A stretch of DNA of 63,355 nt, counting the filler, from Conidiobolus incongruus B7586 (taxonomy: Eukaryota), in NCBI GenBank assembly GCA_000697335.1. It is 18 parts of 18 records of this genome, joined end to end, with 100 filler letters (N's around TTAATTAATTAA, not from the genome) between each part and the next. Parts side by side here need not be neighbours in the genome. Positions count along the whole stretch, not along the records: positions 10,311 to 13,712 come from JNEM01005767.1; positions 13,813 to 15,226 come from JNEM01005769.1; positions 15,327 to 16,788 come from JNEM01005773.1; positions 16,889 to 22,754 come from JNEM01005777.1; positions 22,855 to 24,198 come from JNEM01005779.1; positions 24,299 to 37,885 come from JNEM01005780.1; 12 more parts are not named here. One strand, given 5' to 3'. The translations under genes were made by a program, and so were the position numbers. The notes under the pieces are model-generated. The model ran no database searches. It saw only the letters and a program-made list of their open reading frames with translations, and was not told the DNA's origin. How positions within the stretch are numbered: position 1 is the first letter of the stretch; every line of letters starts with the position of its first letter. Of this stretch, positions 12,760-26,647 are shown one piece after another.

Positions 12760-13812
12760 TATTATCTAAGAATTATCTTTAACTTTGAGGATTAACTTTA
12801 CCTTTTATAAATCTAAAATACAATTGTATTTTGAATATTTATATATATTTTTTAATTAATTAAGAGTATTAAAACTAAATATAATTAAAAAATAATATAA
12901 AGAACAAGAATATTATATTGTTTATATTATTAAATCTAAATTTATTAGGAATTAGCTTTATTTTTCTAAAAAGAAAATAAGTTATCTAATTAATAAAATT
13001 ATATAACAACTTTTAAATAATAAATGGAATATTTCAACTTATTATATATTTTGTTAAAATATAAAGAATAGGTTTTTTTAAGAGATTTGCTAAAAGAATA
13101 TTAAAAAACTAGTTTTTGAAATTTATATATATATATTTTTATATAATTTAATAAACTATAAATTATATAACTATTTTATACTTTTATAACTAAATTAATT
13201 ATATAAATAAAATTAAAATATTTAATACAAAGGGTTTTTCTTTTTTATCTTAATTTTTAATCTGTTTTATTTTTTACCTAATTTCTAATATTAAGACTAT
13301 ATTTTATAGATATTATAATATATTAACTTTATTTAATATATATCCAAATATATAAGTGACTTATTACAATTCAAAGCTTAATTAAACTTTGTTATTTATT
13401 ATATATTATATTATACTTTATATTATAATATTTTGTACTATATACTTATATAATAAAACTTATTATATATTATATTATATTAAATACTATTATATTTATA
13501 GATTAATATATAATGATATCTTTCAGCTAAAATAGTACAGAGTTTGTAAAATAATAGTAATTATAATTTTTTTAAATTATTATTGTTATAATAAGATATA
13601 TTAAAATATGTTTTTTATTTTATTTTATTTAATTAATTAAAATTATATTAATTAGTTTATTATAGTATTAATGATATAGTTTAAACTTTTATATATCTTT
13701 ATAATATGATTTNNNNNNNNNNNNNNNNNNNNNNNNNNNNNNNNNNNNNNNNNNNNTTAATTAATTAANNNNNNNNNNNNNNNNNNNNNNNNNNNNNNNN
13801 NNNNNNNNNNNN

Positions 13813-15226
13813 ATATTTACTTATATTTTAAATAATTCTTAATTAAATAAATTTAAATTAAAATATATAATTTAATTATATTAGTTAATTATAATTAACT
13901 ATATATGATTATATTTTATCAACTATTATTTAATATATTAAAGCTTAAAATTTAACCAAGGTGAGTTATAAATTTATAAGTTTATAAGTTAAAAGGATAT
14001 AAATAACAAAAGTTATATTTATCTTTTTTCTGTTATATTATATAAATTATAAAATTATTAAGTTAATATTTTATAATTAATATTATAATGCTTAAATCTC
14101 TCTTTAAAAAAATTTGCTTATATATTAATGAACTTTATAATGAAAATGAATTAACTTATATGAATGTTAAAATTACTAATATTAGCTAATCTATTATAGC
14201 TGGGGTTATTAAAAATAATATTAAGAAAATACTTAAATTAAAACTTAAGTATATTAAAATTATAAATAAATATGATAACAAGTATATTTATAAATTAATT
14301 AATAAAAGTATAATAAAAGTTATAAAACTATATAACAATATTAATTAATATTAATATTATTATATATGCTTTAGATTAAAATAAATATCATTTATATTTT
14401 AAAAAAAATATCTTTAATCAAAGAAATCTTATTATAAAATTAAATTGGAGCTTAAATGTCAATATTAAATTGAAATTAAAATTAATTAAAGTAAGGTTAT
14501 TTAATTTAATAAAACAAAGGTATATTTTAATAATTCTAATAAAAAAGTTTAATATTTTAAAAAAGGTAAAGAATTACTTAGTAAATATTAAGTTATAATA
14601 ACTTAAATATATAATAATAAGTTAATTATAATTCAAGAATATATATTATATTTAAATATAAAGTATCTTTATAAGATTAATATAGGAATTGATATTGAGA
14701 TGTATTAAAATATTCTAAATAATAAATTGAAATAAAAACTATTAAGGAATATATGTTAAATAAATCAAATATTATTTTTTAGCAGGATAATACCCTTTAT
14801 CATATTATAAATTCTATTATTAAATAGCTTTAAAGTAATAAATTAACTATTATAAAATAACCTCTTTAATCTTTTAATTTTGATCTAATTAAATACCTTT
14901 AAGATTAATTAAAAAATTAAATAAAGCTTGCCCCTTAGTAAAAAATTTAAATTAACTTTAAAAGTATATTAAAAAAGCTTAGAATAAAATTAATCTTGTT
15001 TAATATAAGAAATTAGTAAACTTTATACCCAATAAACTTAAAAAAGTTACAAAAACAAAAGATAGATATATTAGATATTAATTTTTTATCAATACTAAAA
15101 CCTATAAATTTATAACTTATTTTAATTATATTTTTAGTTTTAATATATTAATTAATAGTAAAATAAATTTAACTTTATATATTATATTATAAAAATAAAA
15201 TATATATTAATTATACAGTTTAATAT
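13813..15226 (+). mobile_element. Tc1 relic, subfamily A
   Basis: Inner repeat GGTGAGTTATAAATTTATAAG near 13960, ATG CTT AAA TCT CTC start, F*QDN at ~14776-14790, inverse inner repeat ~15097-15120. Collinear with the 5868 copy. Confidence 0.9.
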
Positions 15227-15326
15227 NNNNNNNNNNNNNNNNNNNNNNNNNNNNNNNNNNNNNNNNNNNNTTAATTAATTAANNNNNNNNNNNNNNNNNN
15301 NNNNNNNNNNNNNNNNNNNNNNNNNN

Positions 15327-16788
15327 TACCTAAAAATATAATATAAATTTAAAATATATTATTAGAAAATAAATGATATATTTAGATATATTTAGTAAAG
15401 TACTGGTAACAATATTAACCCTTAATTTTTAATCAAAATAAGTTATAAATTTATAGATTTTTGAGATAAAAGGATATATTTAAAAATATATAAATTTTTC
15501 TTTTTTCTTTTTTTGGTATGATTTTATATAATATTTTACAAATATATTAAATTCTTTTTATTAATATACCTAAATCCTTTTTTAAAAAAATTTATTTATA
15601 TATTAATCAACTCTATAAAAAAGATAAATCAACTTATAATATTACTAGAATTACTAATGTTAGTTAGTTTATAATAGTTAAAGTTATTAAGGATAACAAT
15701 AAAAATACATTTAAACTTAAACTTAAGTATGTTAAGATTATAAATAAATATGATAAAAGGTATATTTATAGGTTAGTTAATATAAGCAAATATAATATTA
15801 TTATAAAAATATAACAAAAATTATAAGACTATATAAAAATATTAGTTAATACTAATAATATTATATATATTTTATATTAACATAGATATTATTTATATCT
15901 TAAAAAAACAATCCTAATTAAAAAAAATCCCATTATAAAGTTAAATAAGAGTTTAAATATTATCACTAATATTAAACTAAAATTAATCAAAATAAGGTTA
16001 TCTAGTTTAAAAGAATTATGATATATTTTTATTAATTTAATAAAAAAGCTATATATTTTAGGAAAGATATAAAATTACTTTATAACCATTATATTAATTT
16101 TACCCAAAAATATAATGATAGGTTAATTATTATTTGGGGATATATATTGCCTTTATATATAAAGTTTTTTTGTAAAGTTAATAGGGGAATTAATACTAAG
16201 ATATACTAAAATATTCTAAATAATAAATTAATAAAACTATTGAATAATATAGGTTAAACAAATTTAATATTATTTTTTAGTAAGATAATACCTCATGTTA
16301 TATTATAGCTTTTATTACCAAATAGCTTAAAAATAACAAGATAATAGGTATAAAGTTGCTTTTTTAATCTTTTAACCTTAACCTAATTAAATACCTTTAG
16401 GATTAGTTAAAAAACCTATTAAAGCTTTCCCTTTAGCAAAAAATTTAAATTAACTTTAGAAATATATTTAAAAAGCATAGAGCAAGATTAACTTATTTTA
16501 ATATAAGAAGTTAGTTAATTCTATATCTTATAAACATAAAAAAATTAGAAAAATTAAAGATATTTATATTAAGTTTTAATTTTTATTTTATCACCAAAAA
16601 CCCACAAATTTATAACTTGCCTCAGATAAAATTTAAAGGTTTTATATTTTAATCAATTAATAACTAAAAATTATCATTTAATAATATATAATATTAATAA
16701 ATATAATAGATTTTAATTATTTAATTTAAGTTTATTTTATTAAATATTAATTAAGTTATTAGTAAAAATATAAGTCTTTTTAATTTTA
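15327..16788 (+). mobile_element. Tc1 relic, subfamily C
   Basis: Collinear transposase remnant; right inner repeat AAAACCCACAAATTTATAACTTGCC at ~16597-16621. Subterminal sequence shared with the 22855 and 37986 copies. Confidence 0.9.
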
Positions 16789-16985
16789 NNNNNNNNNNNN
16801 NNNNNNNNNNNNNNNNNNNNNNNNNNNNNNNNTTAATTAATTAANNNNNNNNNNNNNNNNNNNNNNNNNNNNNNNNNNNNNNNNNNNNCCTCCCTCCATT
16901 TCTTAATCCTTATTTATTGGGTTTTCTTTGATTTGTATTGGATTTATCTCAATCCTTGTATTTTTAATCCATATCAAATTTTAAA

Positions 16986-18119
16986 ATGTCATATCAACCC
17001 CAAGTGTTTCCTTCAAACCTTCCCAATTCCATGGTCGGCTGCAGTTTGGATGATAGCCGCTACCTTCTTCAGCAGGTCATCGGATATGGCGCCAATGGAA
17101 TTGTATATTTAGCTTACGATCATCATATGCAATGTCATATAGCAATTAAACAATTAAATATTAAAGACTTGACAGATGCTGAAAGACGCATCCAATTAAA
17201 TGAAGCTTTACATCATCAATATGTTTCCGGACACCCTAATATCGTACCTCTAGATTCAGTAATGGAGGGAGGCAACTGCCTTTTCCTCGCAATGGAGCTG
17301 TGCTCAGAGGGCGATCTCTTTGAGTATATCCTCTCTCGTCACAATCCTCCCAACTACTTGCACATGCGCAATCTTTTCCTTCAAATATTAGATGCTGTCG
17401 AATATTGCCACAATCAGGGCCTATTTCATAGAGATTTAAAACCTGAAAACATTATGATGTTCAACGGCGGTAATACTGTCAAATTAGCTGACTTCGGTCT
17501 CTCAACGACGGAAGCTTGGTCTTTTGATTTGGGCTGTGGCTCTGGTTTCTATATGAGTCCCGAGTGCTGCAACCCTTCAACAGATCCTAAACAACCTTCT
17601 GGTTACTCACCACAGCTCAACGATATCTGGAGCTTGGGAATCATCTTGATTAATTTAATGTGTGGCCAAAATCCCTGGAAACAGGCTAATCTTGGTGATG
17701 AGGCTTTTGATACATATTTGTCAGATCCCAACTACTTGAAAAAGACTCTCAATCTTACCGAGCCATTTCACCAATTGTTAAAGAGCATCCTTCACATTAA
17801 CCCCACTATGAGACCTTCCATTCAAACCATCAGATCTCAAATCACCAAAATCACTCAATTTGTCAATCAGCAACATAGTCCTGATAACAGCTCAATCATT
17901 GAGCCTATCCCAGACCTTGTTATTAACCACACCAATGACGAATGTGGACCCTTGTCATCACCTCTCTCCATCATTGACTTCAACGCCGACTCAACACCCC
18001 AATTCGACAAAGATGACCTTTATCTCACATACTATCAAGACAGCTGGAATTTGTCTACTCCTTCAACGCGTAAGAACAGTTACATTCAGGGGATCATGGA
18101 AGAAGAATTCAACTGTTAA
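16986..18119 (+). CDS. Ser/Thr protein kinase, Ran1/Pat1 (Sks1/Vhs1-like) family
   Basis: GYGANG, IAIK, HRDLKPEN, ADFGL; family-typical GCGSGFYMSPEC and NDIWSLGIILINLMCGQNPWKQA. Intronless, 377 aa. Confidence 0.9.
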   Translation: MSYQPQVFPSNLPNSMVGCSLDDSRYLLQQVIGYGANGIVYLAYDHHMQCHIAIKQLNIKDLTDAERRIQLNEALHHQYVSGHPNIVPLDSVMEGGNCLFLAMELCSEGDLFEYILSRHNPPNYLHMRNLFLQILDAVEYCHNQGLFHRDLKPENIMMFNGGNTVKLADFGLSTTEAWSFDLGCGSGFYMSPECCNPSTDPKQPSGYSPQLNDIWSLGIILINLMCGQNPWKQANLGDEAFDTYLSDPNYLKKTLNLTEPFHQLLKSILHINPTMRPSIQTIRSQITKITQFVNQQHSPDNSSIIEPIPDLVINHTNDECGPLSSPLSIIDFNADSTPQFDKDDLYLTYYQDSWNLSTPSTRKNSYIQGIMEEEFNC

Positions 18120-21100
18120 CCAGTTTAAGGAGCAATTTAAAAAAAATATTTATTAGTGAAATCAAATCAGGGTCAATCATTGTATATTAAAAATTTTCGA
18201 AATAACTGCAGCGCAGTTTAGCTTCATACTTCCATTACTAATTAATAATAAAAATCACTGTTTATTGCATTATATCCCTTCATATTTCCCTTTTATTAAT
18301 TTCATCATTAGTTTCAATTCATCTTCAATATAACATCAATTTTTCAAAAGTTAATTAATATCAATCATCTTTCATAATTTCACATTTTGATTGAAAGAAT
18401 TAAATTAAACAATGGATACTCATTAAAATGTGACAAATTCACTCAATATAATTGATATGACTGGATGATGAGTTGATTTCTCATATGAAGTCCCAATAGT
18501 ATCACAAATTCAGCACCATCACCCGATTGAACCCATCGAATATCAATTAATTTAGATCATTTGCTTTCATTTAATTGATTTTCAATATTTATAGCCATTT
18601 TTCCTTTTCTATCAATATCGGGACCACGTCGTTCCAGTATTAATTATTCGGCTTAATACGCGTCAAAGCGATATTTTAGCGGAATTATATTAATATTTAT
18701 TTTAATTAAATCATGTTCATCATTTAATTACAAGTCATTATATTTGATAATAAATTAATGATACATTATGTTTCGATAGATTTATTACTTATACTTTTCC
18801 AATGATTCTGATACGATTATATTGTTGTACTTTATCCGATACATTGAATAGAATAATGTTTACTAGTTTTACATTAACTCAAATGTGATTTTAATTAATT
18901 AACTCATATTGAACAATATTATTAATGTTAATTTTTCATTGATTATTGTGTCCGTTAATAAATGAAAATTCTCAAAACATAGGAAAAATAGTAACTGTTG
19001 GTTCGTATTAATGATTTTGACAAGACCTGAAATTTTGCTTATATTACGTAATATATCAAAGTTTATAGTGGCTTAATAAACAAAAAACTATTAAGCAACT
19101 AATTAATAACCAACAATGATGATTAATAAATTAATTAAAATTTTAATGATTTTTGAAATTATTAAATTGAGAGTTTAATAAAATTTTGATCAATTGGTAT
19201 TCATATGATATTCCTTTATTTAGATTTTTTTAACCAATTTAGAATCAATTTCAAATTGACAAACAAAACTATGATATAATTTTTTCATTATTTACAATTA
19301 TTATTATTAAACAAATGATACATGATTAATTACCCATATTCCATATAATGATTTTGGAAGGTTTTATTGGTTTAAAATGAATTCAAGATGATTTAATATT
19401 ATTAGTTGGGATTAATTTTAGTATGGTACCCAAAATTTTTGGTGATATATCGTGTTTTCATAAATGGTGATTTTTTATTGGTTAAATTTATTGAGATAGT
19501 TTTCATTTTCTCATAATTGTTGATATTTGCAATATGATTCTTTTTGTATTGTGCGAAAAAAAGATGGTTGATTAGTTTGACCCAGTACATAATAGTGAAT
19601 ATTTTTTCTATGCTTAAATAACTATATAATTAGTTTTATCTTAGTCATATTATTATAACTAGCTCAAATATAAAGTTTTTCTAAATATTTTTCAACTCGA
19701 AAATTCTAATAAAAATTAATCAAATCTCTCATAAATGATGTCATATTCACATTCTGATAAAAATTTCCAAATTATCCAAAATAAGCTTTTAATCTTACAC
19801 AAATTGAAAATAATTCTCATTCTAAGTATAATTGAAAATTGATTAGTAATAATGGATAAGACTTTTTTGTTAACTTTAATTTGATGCAAAATTTTTACTA
19901 TTGAATAAATAATTTCGCGTTATGTTGCTTTTATCAAATATAAATAAATACTCAATGATTTTGAATACTTCTACTGTTTAAATATCATATTTTTTATTTT
20001 TTAAATATATTGTTATTGTTGGATTTATAAAAAAATGCTATTTATATTGAATATTATAATAATTGACTAATTAATGAAATAGATTTTCAAACAAACTAAC
20101 TTCTTCAAATTAAAGGGTAAGCTAAATCCAAAATATAAATAAAACTCATCTATTTTTCTCAGTAACAATTTACAGATAATAACTATGAGTCATATTAGTT
20201 CAATATTATATATACTATTTTTGAATATATAGTCAGTTTAGATAATTTTAATAAAAATTTTATAGTTAAAATATTAACAAATTCATATCAGTTTTAAGCT
20301 TCAATCAATAAATATTCTATTTGCTTGGGATCAATGGATACCAATACTGATTTAATGAATCCTTGTTAAAAACCAATACAATTGACAATAAATTAAATAT
20401 TAATATAAATATTTATAGGTTGATTTTTTAAATTTTGAAAAATCAAAAATTAGCTTGCTTAAAACTATAACCAAGTTTATTAATGAGAAGGAGAAAATAC
20501 TTATTGTTTTGTTCCTATTCAGTAATCATTATTTGATCAAATTAATATATAGTACATTAAAATGAATATACAAACATTTTATTCTTCGCTACAGTATTAT
20601 CTACAAATTGGTTTTCATTAATAGATATTTATAAATTTTTGATACTAAGATTAGAATAGTTTTTAAAAAAATTGCAATATAAAAATGTATAAAATTTTGG
20701 ATTGTCATTTTATAAATCTTTATAAAATATTTAATATATTTTAAAAACCTAAAAGTACAAAGTTTTATTATTTTGCAATTCACCATTGTAAATTATGTCA
20801 AATGCAATTTTTGAAAAAAGTAAATGGCATTCAATTTTTTATCATTTACTCCAAACTAAATGAACATTTTTGTTTGCTTGCTGTATCATTAAAAATTCAA
20901 ATCAGCTTATCGTGGCATTTCTTTCGGTAACTAAATATATGATGACTAATATGATTTTAACCATTTTAATTCTTTAACAAAAGATCCATAAGGTAAAATT
21001 TATATAATGCAAAAATATTAAAATTACTTGTATTTATTTAATATAATATTTTTAATTCATATGATTTTATACATATGTATAAAATTTTAATAATTAAATC

Positions 21101-22854
21101 AATTTAGGAAATCCGCTTATTGAAAATTTGATAATAATTTTAAATTGAGCAAAGAAAATAGTATTATGTTTATGATATTTACCCAATTTTTATATATTAA
21201 TTTTCACTTTGAATTTATGGCTATTAATTAAGTAAAAAGATATCAATAGTGACAATTAATAATATGATTATCTATTGAAATATTTTTTATATTAAGATTA
21301 AACCTATATATATATGGTATCTGAACCCATTTTAACTAGTGGAAAAAATAATTTATAGCTTTTATTGCTATGATCATTAGATATATTTTCATTGCAATGT
21401 TTCAATACTTAATAACGTTAATTAAAAGAATTTTAATAAACTTTTCATGCTTCTTACTCAATAATTTAAAGTTATTTATAGTGAATCGCAAAAGTTGAAA
21501 AATTTTAATCAGTTATAATAATTTGAAATTGGGCTTGAAGTTATTTCATATATTTGAGGATTTTTGAATATTTAAAATCTTTATGTATGGTAAAAACTAA
21601 TGATAGTGTAAAAATATATATCTCACTATTAGTACTGTTCTTATAATACTTCTATATAGCGAACGCCAAGTTAGCTTTTCTTTTATCATAATTATTTAAT
21701 GTGCTATTATTTGATTAATACAATGAAAACAATATATATACTGATTTGAAATCCAATAATGAAAATTAGTCAACTTCAATAACAAATTTGAAATTAGGTA
21801 AAATCCTTGAAAGTGTTCCTAAAATATTAAACAGTTCAAACAGTTAGGATACACTGAGATTTTGACATTATATTTAAACAATATTCGATTTCACAAATGA
21901 AATTTTAAATTTTTCAAAATTTTTAATTTTCTAAATATAATAATTTAATTCAAAGTGCTGTATTTTTGTGTTTACACTAAATTTCTTTATTTATCTTATT
22001 CTATCCTTAGAATAAGAATATATTCAGTATATCAATAAAAATAAATTATATATTTAATTATTCAATTACAATATTCCATAATTTATTTAATGTTCAGAAG
22101 GAACTAAATTCAACATGTTATTTCCAAATATTTCTCGAATAATATTAAACTGCTAGGTGATTTGCTTTAGAACCAAAATTTAACATATTATCTATTATAA
22201 TTAGTTGCAAATTAAGAAATTAAGATTTAATGTTCTAAGTACTTGATCGCTATTTCAAATATTCAATATATTTATTTAATTTTGATTTTTTGTAATTATT
22301 CTGTAAATAAATAAATGAATTGAATTAATCATTAGAAATACATATGATAGCATATATATTAACATAGATTCAAAGAATTAAACTATCATTTTTAGTAATT
22401 ATTTATTAGAAATTAATTGAATTTGATTTTAGGTAATAAAACTCACTCTAAATTAAAATTGAAATTGAAATAAAATTCAAATAAATAATTAATAAAAATG
22501 AAACTATTTTATAAAATTAGTATTTTATCTATTAATAACTTTATGACATATTATTTGTTAAACTTTTCTCATTTAAAATATAGTGTTTTTTTAAATAATA
22601 AAATTTGATATATTACAAAATAAGGAAATATATTTATATAATATATTTTTTAAATATATTTTCAATTATCTAATATAAATTTAATCATATAATATATAAT
22701 TTATTAAATTTATTAAAAATTACATTTATTTTAAATATTTTTATTTAAACAATCNNNNNNNNNNNNNNNNNNNNNNNNNNNNNNNNNNNNNNNNNNNNTT
22801 AATTAATTAANNNNNNNNNNNNNNNNNNNNNNNNNNNNNNNNNNNNNNNNNNNN

Positions 22855-24198
22855 ATAATTAAAATCTATTATATTTATTAATTATATATATCATTAAATG
22901 ATAATATTTAGTTATTAATTAGTAAAAATATAAACTTTTAAATTTTACCTAAGATAAGTTATAAATTTATAAGTTTTTAATATTAAAAAAAATTAAAATT
23001 TAGTGTATCTATCTTTAACTTTTCTAATTTCTTTAAGTTTGTAGGGTATAGAATTAACTAACTTCTTATGTTAAAAAGGGTTAATTTTGTTCTATACTTT
23101 TTAAATATATTTTTAAAATTGATTTAAATTTTTTGTTAAAGAGAAAACTTTAATAGCTTCTTTTAACTAATTTTAAAAGTATTTAATTAGATTAAAGTTA
23201 AAAAATTAAAAAAACTACTTTATAACTATTATCTTGTTATTTTTAAGCTATTTGGTAATAAAAGCTATAATATAACAAAAGGTATTATTATATTAGAAAA
23301 TAATATCAAATTTGTTTAACTTATACTATTTAATAGTTTTTTTCAAATCATTATTTAAAATACTTTAGTATATCTCAATATTAATTCCCTTATTAACTTT
23401 ATAAAAATATTTTATACCTAAAAATAATATATATTCTTAAATAATAATTAACCTATTATTATACTTTTAGGTAAAATTAATATAATAGTCACAAAGTAAT
23501 TTTACATCTTTTTTAAAGTATTTAGCTTTTTTATTAAATTTACTAAAATATATTTTTGTTTTATTAAATTAAATAACCTTACTCTAATTAATTTTAGTTT
23601 AATATTAATAATGACATTTAAACTCTCATTAAACTTTATAATAGGATTTTTTAGTTAAAGTTGTTTTTTCTTAAGGTATAAATAATATCTATGTTAATAT
23701 ATAATATATATAATAATATTAGTGTTAACTAATATTCTTGTATAGTTTTATAATTCCTGTTATATTTCTATAATAACACTATATTTACTTATATTAATTA
23801 ACCTACAAATATACTTTTTATTATATTTATCTATAATTTTAATACACTTAAGTTTAAGTTTAAAAGTTTTTTTATTATTATTCTTAATAACTTTAACTAT
23901 AGTAAACTAACTAACACTAGTAATTCTAATAATATCATAAGTTGATTTATCTTTTTTATAATGTTAATTAATACACAAATAAATTTTATTAAAGAGGGAT
24001 TTAAATATAATAATACTAATAAAAAAAATTAGTATATTTATAAAATATTATATAAAATAATAATAAAAAGAGAAAAAAAATATAGTTATATATTGTTAAA
24101 TATATCCTTTTATCTCAAAAACCCACAAATTTATAACTCACCTTAGTTAAATATTAAAGGTTAATATTTTTGCTAATAATTTACTAAATATATCTAAA
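22855..24198 (-). mobile_element. Tc1 relic, subfamily C
   Basis: Reverse complement of the 15327 copy; well-preserved inner repeat AAAACCCACAAATTTATAACTCACC at ~24118-24142. Confidence 0.9.
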
Positions 24199-26647
24199 NN
24201 NNNNNNNNNNNNNNNNNNNNNNNNNNNNNNNNNNNNNNNNNNTTAATTAATTAANNNNNNNNNNNNNNNNNNNNNNNNNNNNNNNNNNNNNNNNNNNNTA
24301 TGATTTATTTAATATATATTTAGATTTTTGAAAAAACAATAATATATCACATAACCATTATTTTGGTCAATTTAATTATATAATAATTAAAAACATTCCA
24401 TTTTTTATATAAATTTGAATTATTAAACCCTGATATATTATAGATTAAATATTAAATTTAATATATATTATTTAGTTTATTTTACAGGATTCATTTTTAT
24501 TAATGTAAATAAATAAAAATAAATTCCTATTATTTATATATCAATTGTGGAATAAATTAATTAAAAGAATTAATTGCAATTATTTAAGAAAAGTAATACA
24601 AAATATATGTTATATATAAATATTGGAAAAATAAATTTCAAATTTAATTTAAATAAATAATATTTAATGAAATATATCAGAGTTATTAAGATAGTTATGT
24701 ACGAAGATAACAATATATATTCAGAGGGTAAATATATTAATTATTATTATCAAAAACCCAAATATATTTTGAATAATTGTAATAATAAAAACTGAACTAA
24801 AATCTCAATAATAGTGAAAAGTTTAGAATATTGATTTTAATATATAAAACCTATCAATTCGAATAATAAGCTGTGATTAGTATTATTCAATAATAATTTG
24901 TTCATTTATTTTTTGATGAAAATATTTGAGTTATAAACATTAGTATCCTGCAAAATATTAAATAAAATTGTCTTTGAGATACTTTTATTTTGTATTAATT
25001 ACTTTGGTATATTACATTACAATATTTAATATAATATAGTTTTAATGGCACAAGCCCTGATTCGAAACAATAGTAGTTTGACATAATATGGAATTCAACA
25101 AATCAACTAATCTGCATATACACGGTTAAAAACAATTAGAATCATACTTTGTGAAGGGTCGGCGAATTTATATTACAATGTTGATATATTTATAAATATA
25201 TTAAATATATTGATTTCATGTAATTTAATATTTTATTTTCAAAATATAAATTTGCTCAATTTTAAATTCATTGATTATCAATATGAAATTTGATGGTTAC
25301 ATTTTAAACTCAAATACTTTATATATCATATAATTGGTTGAATAATAGAATATCAAAAATAAAATTGAACAATCTATTCTGTTCTAAATCGAATTATAAT
25401 AATGTGAGATAGTAAATATAATAAATAGATAGTACTTATCAATATAAAATATCAGTGTTTTACAAATATAATTTTTATATTACATTTAGTGTATGATTAT
25501 TTCATCGCATTAAAAAATGTATTACATATATATAATGAAGTATATTTGTATATATTTCAATTCAAACAATAAGTATAACGTCTATGCATATATATATTTA
25601 GCAAAAATTAATCATTAATATCTTAGATGATTAAATTAATCCATCAATATATAGGGATTTTCTTCAAGTATTATACCTTTTTTCTTTGAAGATAATCAAT
25701 AATATTGGAAATGTTTAAGTAGAATAAATGTTATTTTTATTGCTTCAAATCACTAGTTTATCAATTTAATAATAATGCAATTCAAATAAAATTGTACAAA
25801 TGCGGTAATTTTATTTTGTTAAAAATATAATCATGAAATTTTTAACATAATTCCAATATATAACATTGAGAAAATCAGTTGAATAATTTTCAAGTTATAA
25901 TATGAATAAATTAAATGATTATTTTTGATGAAATTAAACATTTGAATCATTTTGAAAAATTTTAATATTATTAAAAATTTTTAGATAATTGACCAAATAT
26001 ATAGAAATGACATGGTTAATTATTATATCCTGCAACTATATATTATTTGAAAATTGCTTAAAGATAGTACTATAATAATTCAAGCATTAATAGTAGAGTA
26101 ATTTGATATAAATTTTCCTTTGTTAATAGATCTAATAATTATCAAGGTTATTATTAATGAAAAATTATGGTAAAATAATATAACCCAGTAAACTTGATTT
26201 GATCAATATCACATGCTAATTTCATTAGAATAAGCGTAACACGAATTTCCAAGATTATTCTAACAAGATTATGATTAAATATTTAGTTTGATTAAATATA
26301 TTAAGATTATATTTATAGTATATATATATTGGATCAGAATTTATGCATGTTTCGCGGGAATTATATATAACCAAAAATTAAATCTTTAATTATAGTTTGT
26401 ATATTTTATTATGAGATTATATCATCATTTGCTATAGTACATTCATACAAAGATTTATATCGCTAAATTCCCAATAAGTCACACCCATTCACATTAATTA
26501 GTGTATAAAGATTGATAATTTTACATCTGAAGACCATTTGGTCATATGATATAGTGGAAATGAAATTGCGGGATAAAAATAAGATAAGGTAAATAATCGA
26601 AATATAAAAGGATTGGTAGCAAAGAATTCTTAAATTATTAACATATA

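Larger units (their letters stand above)
10311..13712 (+). mobile_element. Possible extremely degenerate hAT-like element interrupted by the full-length Tc1
   Basis: After reverting transitions, 12910-12930 reads RCIAHII (hAT CxxH). 13022-13050 reads KWNISTYYI (cf. RWNSTYxM). Motifs are weak in ~88% AT sequence. Confidence 0.25.
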
